NCBI GenBank assembly: GCA_043228905.1
Contig: JBHGNT010000001.1
Span: 8,432,001-8,496,000, forward strand
DNA from: Azolla caroliniana
Lineage: Eukaryota; Plantae; Polypodiophyta
Direction of reading: 5' to 3'
DNA length: 64,000 nt
Part shown: in pieces, positions 37,701 to 50,788 of the stretch
Position numbering within the stretch: position 1 is the stretch's first letter
Layout of the letters: the number at the start of each line of letters is the position of its first letter
Program-made: the position numbers and the translations under genes
Notes under the pieces: generated by a model
Told to the model about the DNA's origin: nothing
The model's database searches: none
What the model saw: the letters and a program-made list of their open reading frames with translations, nothing else

Positions 37701-37962
37701 TTCATTTCGTCTACCTTTTAATATTTGTACTCTTAACCGCATTCTATTATCACTCTTTTTCTTCTACTTTTCACACACACAAACACCCCCACAAATGTTT
37801 TTAATTCTAAACTATTTCATATTTAAAAAGGGTAAACTGTTTTTAGGGTTGTTATTAGCAAAGCTTACACATTGGTTTATGCAATGCTAACTTTTTTGGT
37901 TCCTATTTTTGTTCTTTTCTTGTTTGCAGTACTCTTCTAGTATCCTCACTTCGGATTCTTGA
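34724..37962 (+). CDS. Papain-like cysteine protease (C1A), secreted preproenzyme, ~372 aa, no granulin domain
   Basis: Exons 34724-35204, 36496-36743, 37010-37153, 37324-37536 and probably 37930-37962, with consistent phases. Signal peptide, I29 prodomain (E...RF.IF..N..YI..HN; FADLT), SIDWR, QGMCGSCW (Cys), [10 protein letters not shown] (His), WIVKNSW (Asn). Confidence 0.95.
35230..36250 (+). repeat. Degenerate ~65-70-bp array in protease intron 1
   Basis: Recurrent GTGATCTTTT.GGTTGTTTGATGATGTTGACCATATGTGTAGATCTA.TTGTAAT units (e.g. ~35389, 35720, 35890, 35995). Confidence 0.7.
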
Positions 37963-40900
37963 AGTTCTGCTATGATGATTGATGTGGTGTTGTACGATGT
38001 ACATTACAATGAATTGTATGCACACTTCTTTTAGGTGATTTGAAATTTGACTTCCATATGTAAATTTTCTCCAAGGAAGCCTATTGCTATTTTTATTGGA
38101 TTACCATTTCAATGTACATATAGCTGCAACACTTGCATAATTTGTGAGTGGGATATGACCATAGAATTTCAGTTGATTGTACTTCATCTGACTAGTGTTT
38201 TATAATATATTGGATAAAATTGACTAAAGGTAAGTTTAGCTCCTTAAGTTCATATGAATACTTGGATATTTTGGTCTCTTTACTATGGCGAATGGATGGA
38301 TTCTTTTCATGTGTAGTGACATTTGCAATGTTACTCTCATTGTTTGACTACAATTATTGACAAGTAACTCATAGTTTCAATGAATGCCTACATAACTATT
38401 GTTCAATATTACTAGGTCCTTTTGGAGTTATTCCTCGAACAACTATATATTAAAATATTGCCATTATCGATGAATATTGCTACGTTTTCCTCCTCTCAAA
38501 CCTCATTAATATCTAGTGGAGTTATTGAAAAAAATTCAGACTTCACGAGGGCAATTATCAATGAACAATGTCCATGAGAACATTTGTAGGTTATCTAGGG
38601 AAAACCAAGCAAACCTATTAAAATTAGTTATGTACAGAATGCCACAATATGTTGATGGTAGATAATTAAGGTGATTACTAACTATAGTTTCATGAAATCA
38701 ATCTTAGTAAGAGTATGTCCGACCCTTCTATAGGAGTGACAAAAGGTTTTAGTGAAGCAATTATTTGATGCGAGGAATGGTACATTAAGCATTTCAGAAT
38801 GATCAATAGTTGAATGGGTATAGTAGTCTCAGCCTATAAATCCTTTTAAGGAGATTGTAGGGAAAACAACATTGATTATTAGCTTGATCGTTGTGGATGG
38901 TTGCATGTGGCCATTGGTTGACTTTCACAGTTGCCTTAACGACTACATGGATTGCTAAAAGATCAGTGTTCTTCTAAATTACCAAAAGGATGTTCTTGAT
39001 TATGTCAAAAGATGAAACATAGTTCAATTGTATGGCTGGATAATATTCTAAGATAAGGAAGAGAATGGATCAACGATGAAACTTTATGGTGAAAAATTGG
39101 ACTTCAAGCGTCTCACTTGCAATTAAATGTCACGTAATCCAATTGCGTAAATTGCGGTCCTATGAGATCTATTAGATATCACATATTTTGATGGCATAAA
39201 ATGGGATCATATGCTTATGATACGATTAGACCCATTGTGGTGTCACTTGTTATTCATGGCTGATCTCTTGCATGATTAAAACTAATCATCAGCGGATTTT
39301 CCAAAGAAACTATTAATGTAACAAGTATGAGCTGGTTCATTTCGAGAGTTTACATGTCCGAGACATTGTGGATTGTGCAATGAGCAAAATTTAGTAATCA
39401 GGATTTTTACTACAAGGACACAAAGACACATAATTATTTATTGTCCCAAGGAGTTTATTAGAGCTTTCTCACTCCCCATGTCATGCTAAAAAGGCCATCA
39501 AAACATTTTACTACTCTCTGTAAGTAAGAGCTTTTCATCCAGTTTGCCCTTGTTGAATCATTAACAATTTTTCCATCCACTAACAATCAGACCTTTTAAA
39601 CAAGCCCCAAGTTGAGAGATTATGGAATCTGTCCCCGGTTGTCGATGATAAGATATGTCGTGTAAGATTTCTTTATTGAGGGATTCACGATTTGTCTGCC
39701 ATTACAAAGAAAGAAGAAGGTAAAAATGCCTTGCTTGCAGATGGCTCAAGAACAAGTTTAAAGCATAACGCTTTTCCAATTTTTATTTTTTTAAGTGGGT
39801 AACCCTGAGCAGCCAGGCTTAGTCATTCAACAACAGTTTCTCATGTCATCCATGTCATTTGGACCCAACCAGATTTGTCAATCTGTTGTGGGAGTGAGAG
39901 ACCAAGGAATTGAAGCCAGTCAACATCCTTTCTTTAATGCTTGGATGCCAAGAAATTGAGACAGAACTCACTCATGTGTTGGGGTGTTCATTATTGTTCT
40001 AAATTAATTTCGGAAATGCTAATAACAATGTAATGTCTAAGATTAATTAATTTGTCGGAATCCTAAAATAGTGATTAGCAATCTCAAGCATGCATGGATC
40101 GATTACCTAGTTAATGAACCACACAATATGTGCATTATTATGGATACTTTACAGTTATACAACATTACAGTAAACTTCGAAAATTCGAAGTCGCTGCCCC
40201 TGAATTTGTATGCTTGGCACCAGTTGTTTGTAAGGCTAGGCTAAATCCAATGGTTAGGCACTTGGGCTATCTGTATTCCAGTAGATCTGAACATCATATA
40301 AGATAAGCAGAAGGTGAATGGGTATTAATGCATAAAGGTCTAATCTTGACTAAAGTCAAGTTCTTGGATAATTGCAACATGCAGGCCACTACATGTAAGA
40401 TTAAAAATTGTGTCATTAATTCTCTTAGCTGCATATATGCAGTTCTATATAGCCTATCTACCTTTAATCGATGGGTCCAGAAAGCAGCTTCAAAGGCATA
40501 AATTATGTGAGAGGTCATGTATACATTATTAACGCTCCTAAATGGCAGAACATGCAGTAGGTAAAAGGGGTCGAGATTGTTTTCACGTGATAAACTCTGC
40601 ACTATCAAGTCGTTGGGAGGATTAAATATACTCAATTTGGAGATGCACATGCTGGCAGGGAAGGCGACAATACTGGCCATTGACTTATATCATATGCGCA
40701 AATAAATGCATTGAAATCGTTTTTTTGTGTGTGTGTGTGTGTGTTTGTTTGGATCGTGGATCATCACAATTTGGGATTCAATATTGATTAAAGTACGATG
40801 GCACTAGATGTAAGTCACCACATTCTCTGCTAATTAGCTAATTTTAATTAGGAAAAAAGAAGAAGTCTCTCAATGTTTGCAGCAGAATTGAATGGCATCA

Positions 40901-43744
40901 AGATCCTGCTAGGCGGTCAATGCACAGATGGAGAGTGCTCATTGGACTCATATTCTTCCATTCTGGATTGCTAGTGGATCTATAACCCAGATGGCCATAA
41001 TTTCATTTCTTAAAAGAGTGTTTATCGGGTCACGGATATAATAATTAGAGCAAATTGTGTCGCTCTCCAAGAGTTAATCAACATAAAATAGAGGATTTGA
41101 TCAGCATGAATCAGTACCTTCTCCACCACCAGAGACGTCATAACATAGGTTTTAAAATTTGAATTGTTGCAGACTCCAAATCTTCACCTGTGGATCACAT
41201 AAATCATGCCATTACTAATTATTTGCTTACTATGGAGCTTATTTGTTCAAAAATATGAAATGAAACCAACCCCCATAGTTTAGTCTTAGGGAAGTTGAAA
41301 CCTTAAAAGTGGGGGATTTCGCCATGCAGTCGTAAAGGACGGTTGTTATTAGAAGCCATTTATAGCTATCCATTAACTAGTTAGTTAATGTAAGGGGAAA
41401 GTTGCTTGAAATTAGTTTCTTTTGATGTTAATCCTGTCGCTTAAATTCTAAGCATTATTTACTTCGATATGAAGTGAACATAGTTACAGTAGTAAGTGAG
41501 CAGTTGATCCGTTTCATTTACCATTACGAAGCTTTATTGATTTCCATCGAATCAAATGCTGGTAAAATTGGTCAGTGTTGGGAGCATTATAAAATTTTAT
41601 ATGAATTAGATGAGGGAATCATGGAACTATTTTGTAAGTTTTTGTATAGGATTTAATGGATCTATTTGATCGCGAATAATAGTAAAACAACAAAAAGTTA
41701 ATTACTGTTGATAGTTAAGAGAACTCTGAATGATTTTGGTTACTGGAGAAAAGCAAAAACAAATCGATAATTCTGTTTCTTCTTACGCTTGGATTAGATT
41801 ACGACTGCTTTTTCGTAAAAAATAAATTAAGTAAGTAATATAATATTACCAAAGAAGGATAGAAAGGAAGAAGGGCTTCCATGGAGATTAATTACCCGAA
41901 TATAAGCAAAGATTAGTGTGTCGATGATGCTAGCTGTAGCAGCAGCCGCCATTACAATAATCCAATTAGCTCCGAAAAAATTGTGCCATTATAATGGGGA
42001 ATCCTTTATTATCATCGAGAACAGTGAGGGTTTCTGATGATGCGAATGAAGACATATACTGTATCGATTAAGTTCAGGTTAATTCAGAATTGTCCTTCCC
42101 TATGAAAGATATCCATGGGAACCCCCCACAAATACGCTTCAAAACAATCGTATGACTCGTCGTGATTTATTTATTTGATTAGGTTATATATTCTGCAGCA
42201 AAATAAGGAGCCCTAGAATGTTGACTGACTATCCACTCAAACGGAAAAGAAATTTTATCTCGAGTATATGTACACACACAAAAAAGAAGAAGCATAATTA
42301 CCACCACTAGTAGAACCAGCAGGTAAAAAGCCACAATCAGGATTTAATGACCTAATTATTAAAAGAAGCTCAACAAAGATCGTAACAAGATTTCATGGAG
42401 AGATCATGAATATTAAAGTGGCGTGAACTTTGTTTGGGGGATTTAAAATTTGCAGGAGCGGGGGGAGGGGGGGGGGGGGATCGGTCCTCATATCATAATG
42501 CATTTCACAACAACAAATTATTCAGAAGTTTAATGGATTTCAAATCATAATATACAATTATGGATTGCGAGAGAAGTTTAATGAATGAATGATAAAACAA
42601 TTATTGACAACATTCCAGTGAGAAAGTGGCCTACCATCATGGCGTATCAAATGATTGCTAATCTTTATTTAGTTTGGGGGGGGGGGGGGGGGGGGGGGGG
42701 AGCAATGTATGCAGAAGGATCTCCATGATACATCATGGCCAAATGAACAGGTTGGGTCATCAAATTCTCTTGTGAAAAAAGAGAGAGTAATGGATGGATG
42801 TGGACTACTTACTCTCAAGTAGTAGCCCCCGCCGCCTCCTTTAAATAATAGTGTAGATCATATCATCCCTCCATTGAATAAGTAAAGCCTGACATATGTA
42901 TGTGGGACATACAGGCTTTACTTATCCCGGGCCTCACTACAACTGTAGATCTCTGCAATATCTCTATATACATACATTATACATATATATGATCACTTTT
43001 AAAAAGAGATTCACATGTCGGGTGGCCCCCACCCCCCCCTACCCAGAAGGAAGCCATTGGCTACAAACCCTAGCAGGAGTTGATTTAGGTTTTCATGACT
43101 CAGGAAATACATACATATACATATGGAGGTTTTTGTCTTCTGTGTATTTTGTCAATCGCCTTGGGATAAGTATGATTTCTTATCTTTGCAGTCTTCTTGA
43201 ATTGATTCCTTTGATTTGAAATGGGATGATTCCTGTGCTTTCTCGGACGCCGGCATGAATTCCTAATGTCAAACTTGTGTGGCGGATCTTTAATGAAATC
43301 ACAGAGATGCTTCAATCAGGAACTGTGTGATGAATTCTTCGGTTGTAGATGACTGAATTTGAGCTCATACGTAGAGCATATAGCCTGTAACATGATGGTG
43401 AGTTTCAAAATATTAACGCAACAATGCCACATTATCATTTTTTCTTAACAAGATTGACACTATTGTTTAGAAGAACAAATTATATTGCCAAAATTGTCAA
43501 TATGATCACTAATGCTTCGGATATAATTAGGATTCTATCTTCTTGTACATATAGCTCCCTAATCAAAGATTTCTTTTTGATACATATTTGCATCCACACT
43601 ATTGAGTTCCTATGAAATGTGAACAAGCTTGAATATTAACAAGCAAAATTATTACTACTAATGTACACAAAAGGTAACTACACCAATCAACATTAATTGA
43701 GCATGATAGGGTTCCTTCTCAAACAATTGTGCCATGGCAAGGGA

Positions 43745-44030
43745 TTTATGTACTTGGTCTCTTCTTTTCTTAGAACAACTTTCGACCGATCAGATGAACA
43801 ATTCGTGAAACACATGTCACAACCTACATGTTATGCATTCGATGGGATCTTTATACATTAGAATCATTATGTCTCGGTAAGGATTTACTTGTCCCTTCTT
43901 TTCTTGGAACAACTTTTAACGGATCACATGGAACAATTCGTAGATGGAACAATTCGTGAAACACATGTCACAACCTACATGTTACGCATTTGATGGGATC
44001 TTTATACATTAGAATCATATGTCTCAGTAA
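43745..44030. repeat. Tandem duplication, 2 x ~140-150 bp
   Basis: GAACAATTCGTGAAACACATGTCACAACCTACATGTTA.GCATT.GATGGGATCTTTATACATTAGAATCAT occurs twice. Confidence 0.9.
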
Positions 44031-45829
44031 AAAGGAAAAACTATCACTACTTGCAAAAGAAAAAGGTGGACAAGGTTTTTACTTTCAAACAAGGAAAACA
44101 TATATTTTATTTTGATTGATTGTGAAGGATTAGCAACCACTTTGAAAAAATACTTGGCAGCTTCTCTTTGTTAAATAGTTTTAAATTATTGTTAGTTCCA
44201 AAAGGCTATGGTAATTGTGATGTTATGACTTTTTAGATATATGGTTGTGGTAAGAAGATCCCTCGTAATGTGGTGTATCTAGTTGTTTGCACCAAGTTGC
44301 ATTCACAAGCATCGAAGGGACACTGCATGATGGTGCTACTATGGCAATAGTTGATTGGGTGATGAAAATATGAGATATATAAGTAAGGATGACGGTCTTT
44401 GATGCATGATGACGTAATTATATTATGTGTAATGGGCTAAGGCTAGCAAAATTATGATATTATCAATGTGCAGGGGTCATTTAGGAGCTTTAAATGTGAT
44501 AATATGCAACATAATTGCATATGTGCAAGATTATGTGTTGGATCATTGGATAAAAAGTCAATAATATATATCTCTTATGCAATGTTATGTGGATAAAATA
44601 ATAAGATTCATCATAAAATGATACAATAGGACGATCTTACGTGACATTTTGTTTGCAATGATTAAGGTTGGGTTGCATATGCTAGTAAGGTAACCTTATG
44701 TTGTTCGTACAACAACACACAACTGGGTGAAGATTCAAACTAATATGGGGTTCATGATTGCTAGGTGGTGTTGATCTAGCAACAACAAATTTGGGTTTTG
44801 AAAACAAGAGATGGGGCTCATTAATCAATGGCAATGCGCATGTGATGTGTGTACACAAGTTGGTTCAACACTAAAATATACGGGTTAGTTGTGACAATTG
44901 TTTAGTAACACTAGAACAAGGTGGTGGAATTTGCTAAACTTGACAATCATATGAAAGCTTTGGTTCACATGCAAAATTAGCCATATGAAACAACACAAGT
45001 GGGTTAGACATGGTGTTGCATGGAAGAAGGTTCTGTATGGTTTGAAACGACAAAGAGGGCCTAGAGTGCTTCGTTATGAGATGGCAAGGACATATTAGGC
45101 GCTCATAGAATGGAGAAGTTTACGGGGATTGAGGTCGCAATATCCCTTGGGTGCTAGAAACAACATAAAGAAGCCAAAAGAGAAGCTCTCATGAATGTGA
45201 ATATCTAGATCCACGAGAACTAACCAATAGGTTAGTAAACCTTTTTCATGCCAGCCAATTGACTTTCCAGAATGTGGAGACTGCACTTTTCGCATAAAGG
45301 GGCAAAAGTGCTTTTCATCCAAAAGAGGTTCTGGTAAATCAGGTGAGGGCTTTGTTGTTGGCTCCATTATTGTCTTGAACACAAGGAAGGAAAGACAAGA
45401 AGAATTCACTAATATTATTACACCCCTTAAAAAATGAAAGCAATTATTAGTAACTTTATCCAAAGTCTTGATAGGCCTAGTCTTCTCCAGATTAACAATG
45501 TATAAATTTTAGTATTAGTAAAGAGGCGAGCCAAAACCGACTCCCTCCTGAGACGTAACTTCAGAATATGATCATGAACGCAACAACGATTCTCGTTGAG
45601 ATGATGTAGCTTAAGAATGCGATTGATAGAGGCACGCAAGTATCATCGATGACTGATATTCGGTATGCTAAGGGTCTTTATTTCTCAAGTGAATTGTTAG
45701 AGCGAGCGTGATTGATTGGTTACGTGAATCGGGGGTTATCTCTCATTCAATCTTTGCGAGAGAAGGAACAACAACAATGAATTGGCATTTTCAATTATAT
45801 GTGTTAATGGGATAATAAAACAAGTGTTA

Positions 45830-46300
45830 TGCAAATACAGAATATACAGAATATACAGAATATACAGAATATACATATATACATATATACATACATACAT
45901 CTATGTATATACTGTATGTATATGTATATGTATATATGTACATATAGAGAGATGGTAAGTACTAAAGGAGGATAAAGCTGAGAACAAAAAGTAGGGGCTA
46001 TAATGGTAATTACCATGAAATGCAGGGATATAATGGTACTCTCCAAAAAATACTCCGTCCTTTCTCTCTCTCTCTCTCTCTCTGTCTCTGTCTCTCTCTC
46101 TGTCTCGTCTCTCTCAGAGAGTATTCTTTCCACCCATTTGCTTCTCTCTGCTGCTCTTTTTTCTGCAGGAATGAAAGGAGAGAGACAGAGAGAGAAGGAA
46201 AGGGAGACGAGGAAGGGGGAGACAGAGAGATAAGGGTTTCAGTGCAGAGATAGAGAGAGGGAGAAGAAAGCGTGTGTGTGTGAGAGAGAGAGAGATAGGG
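45830..46300. repeat. Microsatellite cluster (ATACAGAAT)n, (AT/AC)n, (CT)n, (GA)n in the cryptochrome promoter/5' UTR
   Basis: Directly visible. Reverse telo-box TAGGGTTT at ~46296 and ~46361. Confidence 0.9.
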
Positions 46301-46607
46301 TTTAATTTCTTTCTTTCACTTTCATTCCTCCTCCTCTCCCCTTTTTTGCCAACATCAAATTAGGGTTTTTGATCTCTTCTTCCATCTCTATTCCCCTTTC
46401 ATACAATTCCCCCCATACACATACCTCTCTCTATATTCATATCTATCTATTTCTACATCAAAATTTGTATATCCATCCATCTAAACCTGCATCGACACAC
46501 ATAAAATCTAAACCATATCGTAATCCATTTACGCACACATATTCATATCTCTTCTTTAATGTAATGGTAATGAAATGAAGCAAAACACACAGACAAGCGT
46601 TGCAACA

Positions 46608-49600
46608 ATGGCCTCATGCTGCACAGTGGTGTGGTTCCGGAGAGATCTGCGGTTAGAGGACAATCCGGCGTTAGTGGCAGCGACAAGGTCAGGGCTTGTG
46701 ATTCCACTCTTCATTTGGACCCCTGAAGAGGAAGGCCAGTTCCTGCCTGGTCGCGTCTCAAGATGGTGGATGAAACAGAGCCTTACCCATCTCCAACAGT
46801 CTTTGGCCAGCCTTGGAGCTCCACTCGTTTTGCGTCGATCCAAAGATGCCCTCTCCACCCTCCTTCAGATCGCCCAGGAAACTGGTGCTTCCAGAGTCTT
46901 CTATAACCACCTCTATGGTAGGCTCTATGAGACTGTTTCTCCTATAATACAACTTCCCTTTTCGTGTGTATGTTTTTTGTTTTGATATATAATAATTTGA
47001 GGTGTCTCTGTTTTTTTCCCGATGTAAGATTCCCTCCCTAACAAAACACCTATGTAAACTCCGAACCCAAACTGAAGAGATGATCTAGATATTTAGGGTA
47101 AAATCTTGGTCATCAGAGTTTTTGTGTTAATGAGAAATTTGGCATAAAGAGAAGTTTTTATCTTGCTAGCCTGGTACCTCATTTTCATCGCATTGATCAA
47201 AATACCCTCTGTCCTCCAAATTTCTACAACATCAATTCTTCCCAAATTTTCTATAACCACATTTATGATTTGTAAGGTTCCTTTCTTCATGTGTTTTCCG
47301 GAGGCTTTTTGATATGTATGTTCATCTGGGGCTTCAGTTTCATGTAAAATTTGTGAGAATGAATGAGATCTTTGACCCCCTTTTTCTTGCGTTTTAGGAG
47401 GTACTTGACTATCCTCACATTTATGGTTGTTTAGGTATTTATTCTTATGTAAATACCCCTCCTTTTCCAGAAATGGTTAGATCGTTAAAATATGTTGGTT
47501 TTCTTTTCATGCAATATTTGCCATCAAGAGATCGTTAGAAGTCTATGCTTTAATCTTTCTTATTAGGGCGTCATGTTAACCTTTTATTTATAAATCCAAG
47601 ATATGATTTGATGTCTATAGTTTGATCTTCAACACGGCCATTAGGGCATTGTTTTTATGTAGACTTTCTCGAAGGGAGGGTTAGACCTCCTCAATTATTT
47701 GGTCATTAAGGGCTACTTTTCATGTAAAATTTGGCCTGAGATATGCTTAAGTTTCTATGGTATAATCGTGATGAAATTTCTTATTTTCTTTACATGTAAA
47801 TTTTTTTCCCCAAGACTTTGCTTTGATATCCTGAAGTACGTGTCATTTGGGCTCTGGTTCATGTGAAATGTCAACCACTGAGGCTACTCTCATGGTGGTG
47901 TTCGATCACTGCTCATGCCAGCGGATATGTTCTCATTGCTTATTTATGAAGTTGCTGATAATTTTGCTATTTACATTTCGAGGTGATGATTCCAGTTGAT
48001 GACAAGGTGGTAGTTTTGCAGCTTATTGAAGCTGATTGTGTTTTTGTGACTTATTTTTTTCCATGCGAGGGTTTCAGTACATATATCCTCAAATTTCCAC
48101 TCATTAGGCTTGATCTTATGTCTTGATGCCTCTCTGGTGGTAGTGTGATTTTGTTACTTATACCAGATAATTTTGGACATCTAGCCTCACTAGGCTTGAA
48201 CTAGTTCCATTGGGATCCCCTTTCCATGCTGTTAGAGAACTCATATATATTTATATATATGTTGTAATTGCCTTGTATATGTTTGAGTCTGACATTTGAT
48301 ATAGGCCGACTTGTTCCTTCCGTAGTTCAGCAATCTCTTTGAGTATAAGAACAAAGGGTTTTGACTGGATTGTAATATTGATGTAATGTGTGAGATTTAT
48401 GAAATTTAATACTGTATTATGTCAGTGAACTAGCCTAGGTTAGTTTAGAGATATATCACGTGAAATCTTCCAGTGAAAACAGGTTTTGAATATCTTTTAT
48501 CTTTTCGTTTCCCCAGATCCTGTCTCCCTCGTGCGTGATCATAGAGTGAAGCAAGGCCTTATTCAAGCTGGAATTAGTGTGAGTACATTTAATGCAGACC
48601 TTCTTTATGAACCTTGGGAGATTAATGATAACTGCGGTCTCCCATACACCACCTTTTCTGAGTTTTGGTCAAAATGTATGGACATGCCAACACAACCAGA
48701 TTCTCCCCTTTTACCTCCCAAAAAGATCGCTAAGTATCCAGGTATACATTCGAATTTCTTTTGTTAACCAGTGGTATGAAACACCCAATTTTAAATTTCA
48801 CAATATCTCTCAAATGTTTCTAGGTCCCGTGTTTAACTTATCAGTTGAGGACCTTGAGCTTGAGGATGAGTCTGATAAAGGAAGCAATGCTTTGCTAGCA
48901 AGAGCATGGGCACCAGGGTGGGCGAATGCAGATAAGGCACTGGTGGCCTTCATGAATGGGCCATTAATAGAGTATGCCAAAAATCGACAGAAAGTCGATA
49001 GTGCAACAACTTCACTACTTTCTCCCCACCTTCATTATGGGGAGTTAAGTATTCGGAAAGTCTTCCGTTGTGCGAGCATGAAACAAGTGTTATGGGTGAA
49101 AGAAGGGAACTTAGAAGGCGAAGAAAGTGTGAATCTATTCTTGAGGTCTATTGGGTTTCGAGAATACTCGAGGTATCTTAGCTTCAACTTCCCTTTCACG
49201 CATGAACGGTCTTTGCTCTCAAACTTGAAGAACTTCCCCTGGCGTGTGGATGAAGGGTATTTTAAGATATGGAGACAAGGTCGGACAGGGTATCCTTTAG
49301 TGGATGCTGGAATGAGAGAACTCTGGGCTACTGGATGGCTTCATAATCGTGTTCGTGTGATTGTATCAAGCTTCTTTGTAAAATTTCTACAGTTACCGTG
49401 GCGATGGGGTATGAAATACTTCTGGGACACACTTCTCGATGCTGATCTCGAATGTGATGTCTTGGGATGGCAATACATATCGGGGAGCTTGCCTGATGGT
49501 CACGAACTTGATCGCATCGATAATCCTCAGGTAGCCATGAACTTGCTGAGGTGTTGGCTCGCCACCTAGCAATTGGCATATATACCATTTCCTTTGCCAG

Positions 49601-50788
49601 TGCTATCGTAACCCTGCATGTTCAAGGCCCTTACAGCTATAATTAGACTATTGTATGACCGTTGCATGAAATGGAGCAATTCTGGCTTTTCTAGGCCCTA
49701 CATCGAATAATGAGACTGACTATTGGCTATAGTGTTCATACCACTTAGGTAACCAGAAAGTGGGTATTGAGTCCTGTTGAATGATAAATAGAGTTTTGGG
49801 TCCTCAATCTTTAGTGATGTTCACATCACATAGGTCACCTGTCATCCCTAGGCTCGGTAAACCTCTTCTAGTCATATATCTATTGCGAATACAAGTGTGA
49901 TGAAAACTACAATATTTGGGTTTTTAACTTTCATTGCCTTGCTTCTTTCAGACAGAAGGGTACAAATATGATCCTTATGGTGAATACGTACGGCGTTGGT
50001 TGCCTGAACTTTCTCGCCTGCCTTCGGAATGGATACATCATCCTTGGGATGCACCTCCAAATGTGCTTCGTGCAGCTGGTGTCGAGCTCGGCACAAACTA
50101 TCCAAGACCAATAGTGGAAGAAGTTGCTGCTAGACAACGTCTTGAGCAAGCACTTCGGGTTATGTGGCAAGAAGAGGCAGCTGAGAAGGCTGCTATGGAA
50201 GTTGGTATGATAGGAGAAGATGATGAAGAACAAGAAGAACAAGTAGAAGGTCGAGGAGACAACATTGATGTACAAGGTAGAGAAACTCAGGTTGTTGAAA
50301 ATATGGATATGGACAATGGAGGAGATTCACATGATAGAGATGGAAGAAATAGTTCAGATAGTGCATCTCATTATCAATCTCCTCATGACCAAATGGTCCC
50401 AAATATATGTACCCAATCTGGAAAAAGAATGCTGTCAGATCATTTCACACCTGAGCAATCTAACAACCCCAGGAGAGCCCGTGAAGCTGGAAGTGGCCGA
50501 CACGAGCTAGGATCACCTTCAGATGCATTGCAAGATGGGCAAGGCGATGCAATTTCGACTGCTGAATCCTCCTCTACCCGAAGAGATGCTACCCGGGGCA
50601 ATTTGGCCCTACCACGACACCTCTCTCAGATGCACCATGATGATACTCATGTGCCATTGGTACCTGAGGTAGTACACCAAGGAGTCTTATCCCGAAGGCG
50701 CAATAATAATAATAATAATAATAACGCTAATAATCACCATACTCAACCCTTGGTGAGCCTCGAGGCCATTCACGCAACAAAGGTGTAG
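46608..50788 (+). CDS. CRY: Plant cryptochrome blue-light photoreceptor (PHR domain plus C-terminal extension), ~692 aa
   Basis: Exons 46608-46917, 48517-48741, 48824-49530 and 49952-50788, with consistent phases. Motifs VVWFRRDLRLEDNPAL, PGRVSRWW, TSLLSPHLHYGE, WRQGRTGYPLVDAGMRELWATGW.HNR, LLDADLE.D.LGWQY. C-terminal DAS motifs DQMVP and STAESSS. The 3' end may continue into a further exon. Confidence 0.97.

Noticed and set aside
38300-39500. Possible ancient LINE remnants (similar faint transposon-like traces at ~17000-19400, 31900-32700 and 44100-45700)
   Set aside because: Only scattered 3-5 residue resemblances, not supportable without a profile search.
40860-40960. miR172-like word GCATCAAGAT
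   Set aside because: The match is too short and there is no foldback precursor.
43220-43400. Possible C/D-box snoRNA (GTGATGA ~43327, CTGA ~43352)
   Set aside because: The boxes are too close, and I could not identify a terminal stem, a second D box or an rRNA-complementary guide.
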